64,000 bases of DNA, from the NCBI RefSeq assembly GCF_009834535.1, contig NC_045697.1, forward strand, positions 65,412,001-65,476,000. Direction: 5' to 3'. The stretch comes from Camelus ferus (taxonomy: Eukaryota). The notes under the pieces were generated by a model. The model made no database searches and was not told the DNA's origin. It was given only the letters and a program-made list of their open reading frames with translations. A program made the translations under genes and the position numbers. Positions 11,099 through 23,869 of this stretch are shown here, one piece after another (the stretch's first letter is position 1; every line of letters begins with the position of its first letter).

Positions 11099-12374
11099 TG
11101 CAAATTGAAATTTTGATGGATATAATATAGAAGCAAGACAAGACAAGAGTAGAGTATTTCCATTAGCTTTACTACCCATGTTTCTGCATCTTAATCAGAG
11201 CCTTGTTAATATTTAAGCATGCATTTAAGCCCCAAGTATATAGACAGTCATGGAAGTTTCATTAATAACTAAAATTTGTATAAAAGGATATATGCCAGAG
11301 ACAAATATGGAGTTTAATTGGAATTACAGAAGCTTGTTTTATAGTTCAGAAGTATAAAAAAAATTGCATCAGGAAATGAACTGATGGTTCACTACTAAGA
11401 TACATTGTGGTTTATCATTCATTGAGAAAAGGTAAAATTTTATTTTAAAATCATATTTCCCCATCAGCTATATTCCACTGTTTTTTTTGTTTTTTGTTTT
11501 TTGTTTTTCATGTAGGGCTATTGAGAAACAGGCAAAGGGGGAAAAGATCTACAGGGAAAAGAGATTTTGACATCACCTAAAATGCCTTATATTCTGTGGA
11601 TTCTGAGCTATGCAGCCTTCAAAAGGGACATTATGGAGCAGAGAGCTGTCACTTTAGAGCTGTGGCTCTTTTCTCCTTCAGCAGTCATGCTTCAAATGGG
11701 TCCTTCTGCAGAGGAATGGCTGGAAGTAACAATCACCATTCCTCCCTCACAGCAGTCTGCCACAGAACAAAACTCCCTGGAATAATGCCAGTTGAAATGA
11801 CACAATATATCTTTTCTATACATGCCACTAGGATGCTTGCCTAGTGTCTTCTGTGTTCTAAAGGAGAGGATACAGTTCACTGTTACCAACTGCTCTAACT
11901 CAAGATACTGTGTGTAACTTAACTCTTTTATCAACAAGAGGAAAGATACCAGGACTTTCTAACACATAACAAACATATTCAGATTCCAATTCTTAAGATA
12001 CTCTCTGACTCAAATAATTGTTTGATGCCAAAGATTTTTATGGAGATTGCATTCAACGTTAAATTTATGGAGAAGAAACATATTTTTAGAATAATATGAT
12101 AATCATTTATGAGATGTTACTAGATGGTCCCAAAGCTTTTGTGTAAAGAGACAGAAGGAATCTTTAAACCAAAACAAATTGAGCTGCTTTTGCAATTTTA
12201 GCAAGTGGGTTGGTTTAGAATTCCTTACAGAGGTAGTGAACAAAGTTGTGACCATGGTAGGTCTTTGACCTGATGCCAAGGGCAGTCCTACACATAAACA
12301 GCTGCTATGGATAAAAAGTCTGTCTGACCCTAAAACAGGATTTCCACTGGCCTGCCACACAGTATTGTGTCTTA

Positions 12375-12936
12375 GAACTACTGTGTAAGAATAAAAGCCC
12401 ACAACATTCCAATGCCCTACAAGACTCAGTATCGTAAAACCCCCACCTGCCTCCCCTCACCTCACATTTTATCTCCTGTTTTCTCCCTTTCCTGGATCCT
12501 TCCTCTGCAGGCATAGGCTACCTTGCTGTTCACTGGCACACACTTTTTACAGCCTCATCTAAAGGCCTTTGCGTAAATTGTTTTTCCTCCACAAAATAGC
12601 TGGACTAACTCTGTTACATCTTTCAGTGTTTCCTTATAGTTTCCCTTTCTATGGGGCTGACTCTGTCTCACTGAATTGTGTAGCTGCCCCTGTCCCAACC
12701 CTTACCCTGTTCTAATATTTTTTTACAGCACTTAACCACTATCTAACATGAAATAAAATTTCTGTACTTGCTATGCTTATTTTTCATTGTATATTTCATT
12801 TCCTGCATGAGACACCCTCTCACCCCATAGCATCTCTATGAGCAGGAATCAGTCTGTTTTACTCATTGTTTTATCCCAAGTGCTGAGGACTGTGTCTGAC
12901 ATTAATAAATATTTATTGAATGAATGAATTAATGAA
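12375..12936 (+). mobile_element. L2a 3' region
   Basis: agaataaaagccc...ggcctttgc...acagcacttaaccactatctaacat...atgagcaggaatc...aataaatatttattgaatgaatgaat. Confidence 0.85.
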
Positions 12937-15503
12937 CCCCATGAACCATCTTCTTTTCTCATTACCCTGGAAGGCGCTGGCTACATACTCTCCTATACAA
13001 AGTTTTCAAAGTAATTAACTTAGTAATTTAATTTCCTATTAACACAATCCTTTCTTTAGGTTTAGGCTATGACTCCAGAAGGTCCTTAAAGTAACACATT
13101 TTGGTAACTGCAATGAAATAATGTGTTGACAGACTCACTAGTAACTATTTGCGTATTGAGTTTACGAGATTATGTAATTCATATTTAAGATAGCAAGAAT
13201 TGGAGAGAATCAAACTAAGAACCTAGTTTTTGATGAGGAGACCTGTAAAGAAAGTTTGCTGCTAGAGTGTGGTAGGGCAAAGGAAAGAAGCTGGTTATTC
13301 CAGGGCACATCCAGAAGAAAGGGGGAGAGGGCCGGGGTGAACTTTGGTTTTGGAAAGTGGTGCGTGTATGATGCAGGGAAAATAGCTCCAACAGGGGAAG
13401 GGAAAACAAAGAAAAAGCTGTTTTCTTCTTCAGTTTTAACTAGGCCAGCCTAGCTTATTGCATTTCAACAAGTCTTTGGGAAAAGCCTTTGGTTTTCATC
13501 AATTTATTAGGAAGTTGGGAAATATATATATATATAATTATTCACTAAAGGAAGAAAATTCACAAAAATAAGAGGTGCATTGACCCTGCCCTTTTCTGTA
13601 AAAGAAGAAATAAATTAAGAAAAATGGAGGCTTTGGTAGGCATCAAGATTAGTACTCTGATGGAAAAAGTACTGAAAGGCATGGTTCACATTCCTCAAAA
13701 GGCCAAATACAGGTCTTTCCTCCCCCTAGTCATTTATCAAGGTGCTTTGAGTCATATTTGATCCTTTACTCTAGGAAGCCAGCTTCTCTGGCCATCTGAA
13801 TGACCTAGGAAAAGAGCAACAATGACTGTTAAACACATGCATGTTTTTATACCATTTCTATGCTGATAACACATAGCGCCATTCCAAGCATTAAATGTCT
13901 CCCTTAAAAATACCTTTGAATACACATAATGTCTTACATAGATTCCAACTCAGTTTGCATTTTTCCTCTTAAAATATCAGAAGTCCTGGCCTAGTTCTTC
14001 ATATTAACCTACATATTCCTTTATATTAAGAAAATAGATCATAACTAAGAAGGGATTTAGGTAGTGAGAAGTGTCAAGCTCATTACACTAATTTCATTTT
14101 TTTAAAAATAGATTAAGCATTGCAGGATCATTTTTAAGATTCTAATTGTTGATGTAATATTTTATAATTACTAAGGGAATGTGGGCTTTTGATATCTGAG
14201 GGGATTTTTTTTTCTTTTAAATCAATGTGTCCATTAAGGAATGTATTATTGTACACCAGATGGAATTAAATGAACCATTGTATGAACTTGGCATTTTCAG
14301 ATCGGGTTACCTGAATGTAATTACCTGCAGACAGTTTCTAAATATGCTGTTCATAAGGGATTAGCTTTTATGTAGAGATTCTCTTCTATTCTCCTCAGGT
14401 TTTTTTCTTACAATGTGTTTAGTCATTTTGGCTTATTGTACCATCGTGTTCTGCCACTGATAATGGTGAGAATTAATCCTGAACTACCAGAATTGATGAG
14501 ACAGAACAAGTCGACAGCTGTTTAAAAAACAAACAGACATGGGACAACTTACAGGAGAGACCGTTACGGTTTTGTGGCATATACAATTTGAATTGTCTGC
14601 CCCAATTCTAATAATACTGAAATCTGGAGAAGTAGAATTTCGTTCAGAAGTTTATGCCCAAACTGCAATGCTGAATTTCATTTCCTATTGTCATTTTGAA
14701 ATCATGTCAGTTGAAGAATATGAATTTCTACACATTTTGTATCACATCCATTTTGTTTTCCTGTGAGTGAGCAGAATTGTGCTTTCTGTGAGTCATTTCT
14801 TCGTATAGGGAGTCCACCCTCTGGGCAACATTTATTGTTAGTGTGACAATCACTTTCTTATTCTTTCCCCTCAAGTAGTGAGTAGAGGTTATGTGTCTAC
14901 ATTTCACCCTGATGTCAAGTGCACAATTTCCTCTAACTAAATAATAAATACTTAGACTACTGGGAGAATGAGCATCTAAAACTCTATTTTAAATTCTCAG
15001 CACCAATTTTATCTTTCTTTTGAAACATGAATTCTATCATTTCTCCAGCTGTTGCTGCTTTCTTAGAGAAGTTGACAAAGAACATCTAATCCGAGTCTGG
15101 GAAACATCAAGTTTAACAGAAAAAATGTGATATATAATGTGCTTATTTTTACAGAACCTCATAAACTTCCTGATGACTCTAGTGAGCCAAGTAAAGAAAT
15201 TGCATGACTTGAGGGGAGAGGGTGGCAAGGGAATGAGTATGCCATGTCACCAACAGGAATCAGCTTTCAGAGAATTCAGCTAGTATCATGTTCTAAAATA
15301 TCTGGTGATCTGAAAAAATAATAATAATAAAGGGTAGAACTTTGTAAAATGAATTATTGGAAGAACTATAGATAATTAAATATATGATCTATAGATAATC
15401 AAATATATGTTGAATTAATATTAGATTATGTTGAAAATAGGCCAATCCCAAATAAGGAAACTTTTTACACTGCTATTAATATAGATGAAATTAATATTAT
15501 ATA

Positions 15504-15960
15504 TGTTACAGTTTCTAACTTGCAAGCAAAAAATAAAAAGATTTTTGGCTATTTTAAGCAAAAAGTAGTTTACTGAATGTATCCCGGGCTCATTAATGGG
15601 TGTCTCAAGAATTAAGCTTGAAGGCAGAAAGGAGCATAATGGCTCTTGAAGGCTTGGAAGCAGGGATGACAGGAATGATCTTGTAGAATCCTGCTTAACA
15701 GCTCTATTGAGATATAATTCACACAGCACACAATTCACCCATTTACAGTGTACAGATAGAATGTTTTAACCATTCCTTCTGTCCTTATGTTTCTCACTTA
15801 AGAGTCTAAGTCCTAGAGAAGCAGCCAGTCAGCCAGGCTTGTGCCACAGGTCTTCTCCCTACTGGTGTCAGAGCTGGTGAGGGTGAGGTGTGGCTGGGAT
15901 CATGGCGTGGGGGAATGAAATTTCCTGAGGCAGCCTCCTGGGTTCACTCTTCCAATGAGT
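15504..15960 (-). mobile_element. old MaLR LTR (MLT1N/M-like), interrupted by an L1 fragment
   Basis: ttgcaagcaa...tggctattttaagcaaaaag...tttactg, resuming at ttccttctgtcctt...aagtcctagagaagcagcc...gccaggctt. Confidence 0.55.
15696..15770 (-). mobile_element. L1MA/MB-type 3' end fragment
   Basis: tattgagatataattcacacagcacacaattcacccatttacagtgtaca, a typical L1MB-like terminus. Confidence 0.75.
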
Positions 15961-15994
15961 AAGATGTAAAAGATAAGGCAGAAATTATTTGAAG

Positions 15995-16201
15995 CAGTGT
16001 GCTGATAGATGTTTGACAACTGACTGTATAGAAAGAAAAAAAAAAAGTCCTAAACTTTAGCATTTACAGATTTCCATGGTATAAATATTCCAACTATAAG
16101 GAATAATTTGAAACAACCAATATTATAGCATGCAGAGTTGGGAAGAGATACTGACAATACACTCTTGTGAGCTGGAATGAGCTGGCTTCAGCATGCCACT
16201 A
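15995..16201 (-). mobile_element. MER63A (hAT-Blackjack)
   Basis: TIRs cagtgtgctg... and ...cagcatgccacta; internal gagttgggaagagat and tttccatggtataaatattcc. Confidence 0.8.
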
Positions 16202-16516
16202 AATTTCCCCCAACCTTGAACCTTGGGGGCTTTCAGGGAAAGGGAATAAATTCTAGGCAGTAAACAAACAAACAAACATGTATTTAGGCATTCAGTGCAG
16301 ACGTTATTGACCTTAAACAGAAGCACTCATATTTTTTAATAAATTAATAAGGGACTCAGTAGATAAAATTTGTATGTGTACATGTGAGAGACTGCTACAG
16401 TATTTCATTTTAAAAAAGAAAAAAGAGACCACTCTTCCTTGTCAGTGATTTCTTAATTTAGCTGGGGAGCTCAAATGGGCACCTTTGAAATAGTGAAAGA
16501 GATTGTAAAACCTGCT

Positions 16517-16690
16517 GTGTTGGGGAGAATTCTGAGATGGCCCTCCTGATATTCACCTGGGCTTTTATTCCCATTAATATCTTACATTACATGACAAAAG
16601 GGGTGCAATGAAGGTTATTAATCAGATGACCTTAAGATAGGAAGATTATGCAGGTGGGGCTTGACCTATTCCATGAGCCTTTTGTAAACC
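16517..16690 (+). mobile_element. MaLR LTR 5' part (MLT1D/E-like)
   Basis: agaattctgagatggccc...ttacatgacaaaaggg...aatcagatgaccttaagataggaagattat...ggtggg. Confidence 0.75.
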
Positions 16691-16795
16691 CTTCAGAATA
16701 ACCGAATCAGAAATTCTTGGGTATGTTACAACATATGTATTTTTTTTTTAATTCCATAGGTGATATTAGGGTGCAGGCAAGGTTGAGGTCACTTG
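16690..16795. mobile_element. MER5-type hAT-Charlie fragment
   Basis: gaatcagaaattcttggg...tgtatttt...ccataggtgat...gcaaggttgagg. Confidence 0.6.
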
Positions 16796-16850
16796 TGAGG
16801 ATTTTTTAATTCAAGAAAATCTATCAATGATCTAGAGCAGTAGGTTAGAA

Positions 16851-16930
16851 TTCTTCTCTTCCTTCCTTTTCATCTTCCTCTCTTGCTTTCTCCCTCCCTC
16901 CCTTCCTTCCCTCTTTCCTTCCCTCCTTTT
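16851..16930. repeat. CT-rich low-complexity tract
   Basis: Near-pure pyrimidine run with ccttccttcc/ctccctcc units. Confidence 0.8.
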
Positions 16931-17154
16931 AGTGCAAAAGGAAAAGGTAAGTTAACTCCACCCAAACTGTAATATTGATCCTTTTTTTTTTTTTTTGTGG
17001 CAAGAAAATGAGACGAAATATTATAAAAGTCAAGCAATAAATTGGACTAAACAGTATTCCCTGGGTATTGGAAATTTATGCTAGATTGGTTCATTGATAT
17101 TGTCCTTAATCTCATGCAAACTGTTTAGAAGTATATATCTTTAATATTTTAATA

Positions 17155-17532
17155 GTGGCCCAGGTTAGCTTTCCCTGGAAGCAGACTCTGAGACATATTT
17201 TAACATGCAGGACATTTTTAGAGAGTTTTCCTTTCATCTCTACCTGGGAAGGAAAGGTGATTTTACAGGAGAAGGAGAGCTGTGAAACAGTCCCACTGTA
17301 CACCCCACCCTTTAGAGTTGTCCCATGTGTGGGGAGTGGCGGGGACCTTTATATCCCTGCTGTGATCCATAATTGAATGTGGACTTCCCCGGAAAGCAGC
17401 AGTTTTCTTCAGCGGAGGCAATCCACCATGAAGGATGTCTGTTGAGGGCCTTCATCCCATAGAATTCCCAGCCACTGGGAGAATGAGAGCCATACTTTTT
17501 GAGAAAAGTGGTCAAGACTTCCCATCCACGCA
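17155..17532 (-). mobile_element. ERVL LTR (LTR33-like)
   Basis: ggttagctttccctggaagcagactctgagac...catgcagga...tttagagag...cacctg pattern typical of LTR33. Confidence 0.65.
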
Positions 17533-17624
17533 GTGTTCAATGTGTTTGCTGTAAAAACAGAACTAATGTTAAAAATACCCTTGATTTTCTATGTCATTCT
17601 AGATTCAGTTCTATTTATGATGAT

Positions 17625-17760
17625 GATACTTAAAGTCCTTTTAACCTCACTTACTCTCTTCCTACCTCACACAATTGTCAGTTTTTTTGGAAACATTTTC
17701 TTTAACTTCTGGGATACTGCAGTCCCCAGATTTTCACTTCCTCCATTCCAAATTTCTTTC
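17625..17760 (+). mobile_element. L2 ORF2 fragment (5' part of the element that resumes at 20060)
   Basis: tttggaaacattttctttaacttctgggatactgcagtccccagattttc immediately precedes, in the L2 consensus, the ccttcttagtctcctttgctgg seen at 20062. Confidence 0.55.
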
Positions 17761-17799
17761 CTCTACTGGGCTTTTGGACGTGATGGATTCTTTCTATGC

Positions 17800-20000
17800 T
17801 TTTAGAAGTTAGTCTAGAAATTTCACATTTGTATGTCACGTATTTCTATAGTTAACATCTTACTCTCTTCCCAAATAATATAAGGGCCTTACACTATTTT
17901 AATTCCGATTGTCCCATCATTTCTTGTAGGCTATTTGTATACAGTGGTTTAATTTTATGTTAATTTTTACTTAACAAATTAGACATTAATTTCATTGTTT
18001 TATGTAATAAATATTTTATTTATATTTATCCATAAGTTAATGTTTTTAATATTTAATCTTTCCTTCTACATTATTTGGATTATTTTCCTTATCCCTAAAG
18101 TATATCCTTTAGAAATTCCTTTGGTGAGGGTCTATTGTAATAACTCTCTCAATTGTTGACATCTGAAATTGTATTTATTTTGTGTTTGTTCTTGAAAGAT
18201 ACCTGAACTTTGTATAGAATTCTTAATTTAATAATATTATTGTCTGTATACAGAAAATATTATTCCACTATTTTTAGCTTTAATTGTTATTTTTTACATC
18301 TTCTCTTTGTTTTTGATGTTCTGAAATTTTATTATGATATTTCTACATGTGAAGTCTATTTCTTCTACTTGGGATTTATTAGGATTTCTGATTCTCAGGA
18401 TTTGTGTCTTTCATCAATTCTAGAAATTATCTTACTTCAAACTCACTTGACCTAGTGTTTCATTCTGTAAATCCAGTTTGTTCTATGTTAGACTACTCAT
18501 TCTATCCTACATGTCTCCTAACCTCTCATACTTTTCATCTCTTATCTCTTCTTGTTGTTTTCTAGGTAATTTACCTAGTTTTACAGTATAGTTGATTAAT
18601 TTTCTATTCTATGTATTGCTCTATATAAACTATATTTTCTAATTATTAATTTTAAATTTCAGAAATTCTGTGGGGTTTTTTGTTGTTTCACATCTGCCGA
18701 TAAATTTTGATAGTATTCTTTAGTCATACTTCAATTTCCTCATTTCTTTCTTTAAAAATATTAACTATGCTCATTTATATGGTCAGTTCTTGCTGAGACC
18801 AATATTAGCATTTGATAATGTAATCTTTTGTTTACTTTTGTTTTTGCTGGCTCTCACTCATAATCATTTATTTCCTTGTTTAGAGATTTTTATTATGTGC
18901 TCTTTGAACATTTTGGTAGATTTATTTGAGGCCTGAAGTTAAGTGAATTCCTAGAGAGAGAAATTTTGTTTGCTTCTATTAGTCACCTGAGGGGCCCACT
19001 ATCAACAGGGAAACCTTTAAACAGTTTTGGTTTGGTTTTTTTGAATGCAGAGTTATTGTGAAGTCCAGCTCCAGACAGAGGGAATGAAGATTTATAGATA
19101 GGAATTTCTAAGGGGGATTTTTAATAGCCAGGATTTAGTGGCAGAAACAAGACATACGCTATGTGTTTCAAGCAGAAAAGAATATACTAAATGGAATTAA
19201 ATGCTTTAAAAAAAAATCCTGGAAAAGCCAGAGAAGTCAGAATCAAGGGACATGCCTCGACTTTAGATTTTTAAGTTACAGCATCATAATAATATATAAC
19301 ATAATATAGAGGCCCTGGACATTGTTGTTACTGTCACCACCACTGTGCTGCCACACTGCTTTATTCCCAAGAAGCTTGTTCCTAGACATTTAAACATGGG
19401 CTTTAGCTGCTTCAAATACTGTGTCTCCTGGAATTTGTGTGATAGCTGTGTCTGCCACCGGTAGAGGCCCCAGCTTCATTTCTGCCTTCCAGACTTTGTA
19501 CGGATTAACACTTTGATGATGGTTGCAAGGGGGTCGAAAAACGAAGATTTTGCATTTTCCAATCTTTCTGATAGAAAGAGATATACTGAAAGTTGCAAGA
19601 GCCAGTCCAATTATTTATCACTTTTTTGGTTTGTTTTTCTTTCTGTGTGAGTTAAGGCAGAGCCAGGCATGTGTCCCCACTATGACCTTCTTTAGAATGA
19701 GATGTGGCTTTTGTATTTCACCTACCATTGGTATTGCACTTCGTGCCGCTTTCATGCTTTTGATCTACGTCCTTTTCTGAGCACTTAAATCTGTAAGGTT
19801 GACACTGCTTTAGCATTCATTTATCCTTGTGAATTTGACCTTTTTTTTTAATCAAATACAGATTTCTTGAAATTCCTTTATGTTTCTGCAAGCTCAACTA
19901 TGTATTGAAAAGATTTTAAAATAGTTTGTCTGATAGTTTTACTTACAATAGATGGAAGGAGTTTCTGTAACATCTGCTTGCTAAATATAGAAATATGACC
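17800..20000 (-). mobile_element. old L1M (L1ME-like) internal fragment, interrupted by an LTR
   Basis: cctttagaaattcctttggtgagggtctattgtaataactctctc...catctgaaattgtatttattttg...ttgaaagata...gtatagaattc, typical of antisense L1M. Confidence 0.7.
19125..19622 (-). mobile_element. ancient LTR (MLT1O/LTR79-like; family uncertain)
   Basis: cagaaacaagacatacgctatgtgtttcaagcagaaa at the start; tctgccttccaga...ttgcaagggg...ttttgcattttcca near the end. Confidence 0.5.
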
Positions 20001-20059
20001 TAGGCGGGTTTTTTTTTTTTTTTTTTTTTTATCCTTTAAATTTTTTTAATCCCTTTAAT

Positions 20060-21185
20060 CCCTTCTTAGTCTCCTTTGCTGGTTCTACTCTCCTTCCCAG
20101 CCTCTATATGTTGGAACCCCCTAGGAATCAGTCTTCAGGCCTCTTCTCTTCCATATTTATATTCTTTTTCTCTATGGTCTTATCCAATACTATCTTTTAA
20201 ATGTCACCTATATGCTGGTGACTTCCAAATTAATATATTTAGGTTAGATTTTTCCCTTTGGTTCCAGATTCATTTATCCAACTGCCTACATGATATTTCT
20301 CTCTGGAAGTCTAAAAGACATCTCAAACATAGAAGATCCAAAACATAAATCTTATTCTCCCAACTCACCCTCAAATCCATTTTCCCCCTCACTTCACCTC
20401 AGTAAACAATACAGCAATTCATCCAGTTACTCATGGAAAAAACAAGAAATTGTCTTGATCCTTCTCTTTCCATGATCTCCAGTTTCCAATGCATGATCAA
20501 GTCCTGTCAGTTCTGTCCTAAGTATAACCACTTTTCAAGACTCCCCTGCTATTATATCAAGTGTAAACCACCATCATCTCTTACCTGTGCTTCAATAATA
20601 AGTAAATAAAAATCTAAGTAGGTGACTGAAGAATGCTAAATAGTTTTTCTTTTACGCTGTCTCTTTAAATCACATTAACTCTAGGCTAAAACTTCCAATG
20701 TCTTTTCCTGTTATTTAGAATGAAATTCAAACTCCTTATATAACATGACCCCTGTTTATTTCTGTGAATTTGCTCTGTGCTATATCCTGTAACTTTCCAG
20801 TCTGCACATTCCATTCTAGCTGCACTGACTTTCTTTCTGTTGTGTGAAAAAGAAAGCCTTTTTCATCTGAAACATTCTTTACTCAGTCCTTTGGTTTTCC
20901 CACCCAGTACTTCATACTAGTCTTAAGTAAATGCCATCTCTTAGATGTCTTCTTTACGATACCATCTAAAATAACCACCCTTCCACAATTCTCTAATATC
21001 TTATACCTATGATTTCTTTTTGGCATTTTTCACAACCTAAAGCTATTACACATTTGTTTACTTTTCCATTGCCTACATCTTCATACTTATTTCAGCTAGC
21101 AGGAGTGCAAGGTCTTTGTCTCATTTTGTTCACCATTATAGGCTAAGAGTAAATGATGCACATATACATGTTGAATGAATGGATG
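20060..21185 (+). mobile_element. L2 LINE, RT core to 3' end
   Basis: ORF 20076-20348 contains FKCHLYAGDFQINI...LSNCLHDISLWKSKRHLK, a degenerate L2 RT segment (HLYADDSQIY...ISNCLLDISTWM). Ends with the tgttgaatgaatggatg tail. Confidence 0.88.
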
Positions 21186-21264
21186 GGAAGTCAGACAGAG
21201 TCTACTCAAGTAAGCTGCTCAGGACCAGTGTGTTATGAGGGAATAATGATATGGCAGGAGGAGC

Positions 21265-21715
21265 ACTTGGGTTAGATTTACAGATTGGAAGATATGGATT
21301 CATGAATCATTCACTGGGCCAGATGAAATCATCCAGGGATAGTGTGGCTAGGATAGAACCCTGGAGAAGATCAACATTTACTTTATTATACATTCCCTAA
21401 AGATAGGACCATTTCTTTTCTTTGCTGTAGTCTGAGTACCTAGTGTCATTTCTCCCATAGATGTTTAATCAATTTAACAGATCTAATGAGTGAAGGAACT
21501 AATTAAAAATTTGGGGAAAATTCCATTAAAGGGAATATGAAGCAGTAGTTAGAGGTTTAGGAGGAGAACCAAGGAATTATGAGTTGATTGAAGCCAGAAG
21601 CAACAGGAGTTTCACGTAGTCAGGAGTCTTAACAACTACAGAAGAGTCAAATAAGGTAAGGTCTCAGAATAATTCATTGGATTCATCAAGAAAAGTGGTA
21701 ATAGGTGACACTGAC
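21265..21715 (-). mobile_element. L2 internal fragments
   Basis: gatgaaatcatccaggga...gatagaaccctggagaagatcaacattta and gaggagaaccaaggaatt...gaagccagaag...gagtcaaataaggtaagg. Confidence 0.65.
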
Positions 21716-22689
21716 ATAAATAACAACTAGAGAAAATGTATTTATATATTTAATATATTGCATATATATCTGTAAACAACCTTAGTATACAACATGAAAG
21801 TGTTCCCTTGATTGCATGCTGGCATTACCTAGTTTTGAAGGATGTCTCTTTGTTTCGGATATGCTTTTTATAATGACATGTCTAAGATTCTTTTTTTTTG
21901 ATTCATGCTCTGAGTCATGTTATGAATACATGGATGTCAAGCTATCATAAAAGAAAACTAATAGCAATTTATCAAGATCCTAATTAAACATTTGGAAGGC
22001 AGTATTAAATAGCCATTCGGAAATTAATGAGATGACTCTATTACCTACTGAATGTCAAAGAATGGAAAATTTGTGAATAACTCCCCGAATGTCTCTGCAA
22101 CAGTCACAGTACAAATGAAAAATTTTAAGAGAGTTAAAGAATTTCAGGAGACCACATAGGTACAACTGTTACATATTTACTCAAGGACACAGAACTTAAC
22201 AGAAATTGGGTCACTACTTAGAGCTGACTCTGCTGCAGTAATGTTGGCGAGATTTTCTCTGGGTACCTAGGTCCCCTACAGAACACAACTGCCTCTGTCT
22301 TCACAAGGGTAGATGCTCCTAGGGATTAGAAAAGAGCCAAACACTGGCTACATCACTATGCCTTTAGGCCCAGGCTTTCCACGCCATTCTAAAAAATGTA
22401 CACTAGCAGCTCTCCTGATTCTGTTTAAGAGAATGTTTACAAACCCCATTTCTCCTAGTTCTGAAATCAAACTCCGCAGAGAGAAGACCCATAACACTCC
22501 AGATATGAGAACGTCAGAGATTCCACGTCTGCCTCAGACCTATCCATCCTTTCACCTGGACGATTACCAAGAGAGATGCCTTGGTATTTTAGATTACAGA
22601 AAGCATTTCTCCATGGATTATAGCTTTAGTTGATTCATACACATATTGAAAAAATATTTTTTGTTTCTTCACTGACATATTCTATTCTG

Positions 22690-22860
22690 TTTTACTATTT
22701 TAAAATATATTCATTATGAAAAAATAATGACAACTTATTATAAAAATCAAGAAAAGTGACAATTTATAAAATACAAACAAAAAATCCTATCTCGGCTCCC
22801 CCACTCTTCAGCATCACTGTCCAGGGAATGCCACGGTTAACGCTCTGGGCTTTGTCTTTC
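22690..22860 (-). mobile_element. L1ME-type 3' fragment
   Basis: AT-rich L1ME 3' terminus pattern ending ccaggga...ccacggttaac; probably continuous with 24095-24350. Confidence 0.45.
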
Positions 22861-23129
22861 ATAGTCTGTTTATACGCGTCTGTGTGCAACCCATCACACG
22901 CACACCTCTGCGAAGGCCATTCACTCTATATAGGCCTCTCTCTTAGAAGTCTGTTTCATATCTTCTCTTCTCAAATCTCCAAGATTTCTTCCTCTACCCT
23001 GAGTCATTGGCTGGTAGATGCCTGTGGGATACGTGGCCCTAACACATGTGGTGATAGATTTCAGAGCACGCTGCTGGACCATTGGTCAGCTTTGCTCCCT
23101 GAAGTCAGATATGTGAGAAGCACATTCTT

Positions 23130-23850
23130 ATAGCTGCCTCCCAGCTTTTCTGTCTTTCAGTACAACTAGCCAGAAAAATCCGTTTAAAAAGTACGTCAAA
23201 TCATGTATCTTCTCCTCTCAAAACTCTCCAGAATCTTCGCATTTCATCAAGAGTAAAAGCTTACTTCACACAACAGCCTCAGTGCCCTTTGGGACCCACT
23301 CCCAACCCCCCCCCCCATTTCCCCTCCTTACCTCTCCAAGGTTACATCCTACTTTCCTGCCTTAGCCGCTTCATCCCAGAGACCACGGAGACACTGCATT
23401 CCTTTAATGTGCCAGGCAGACGTCTGGCGTCCTGTTTCACTGAGAAAATTGATGCAATCACAAAAGAATTGCAGTGGCTATTCCCTCTCCTTGGAAAGCT
23501 CTTCCAGATACACCGGTGGCCCATTCCTTGACCTATTTCAGGCATCTGGTCAGCTGTGACATTCTTGGTGAGGTCTACCGGGGACACCCTATTTAAAATA
23601 GCAGTTTTAACTGTGACACTCCTGATCCCCTAACCTAGTTCTGTTCTGTTTGTTTTTGTTTGTTTTAGTAGCATTGATCACATGGAAGATTGTATATCTT
23701 GTACTTATTTATTATGCATATTGTCTGTTTTTTCTACCAGAATGTAAGGTCTGCATGTATAGGACATCGGTCAGCACAGCCCTGGAGCCCAGAAGAGTTT
23801 CTAGGGATAGTTGCTGGTCAGTGAACATTTGAAGAGTAGGTAGATGGATG
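23130..23850 (+). mobile_element. L2a 3' region
   Basis: caactagccaga...aaatcatgt...ctcaaaactctcca...gagtaaaagc...accctatttaaaatagca...ccagaatgtaaggtctgcatg. Confidence 0.8.
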
Positions 23851-23869
23851 TGTGAATATACACGTGTAT

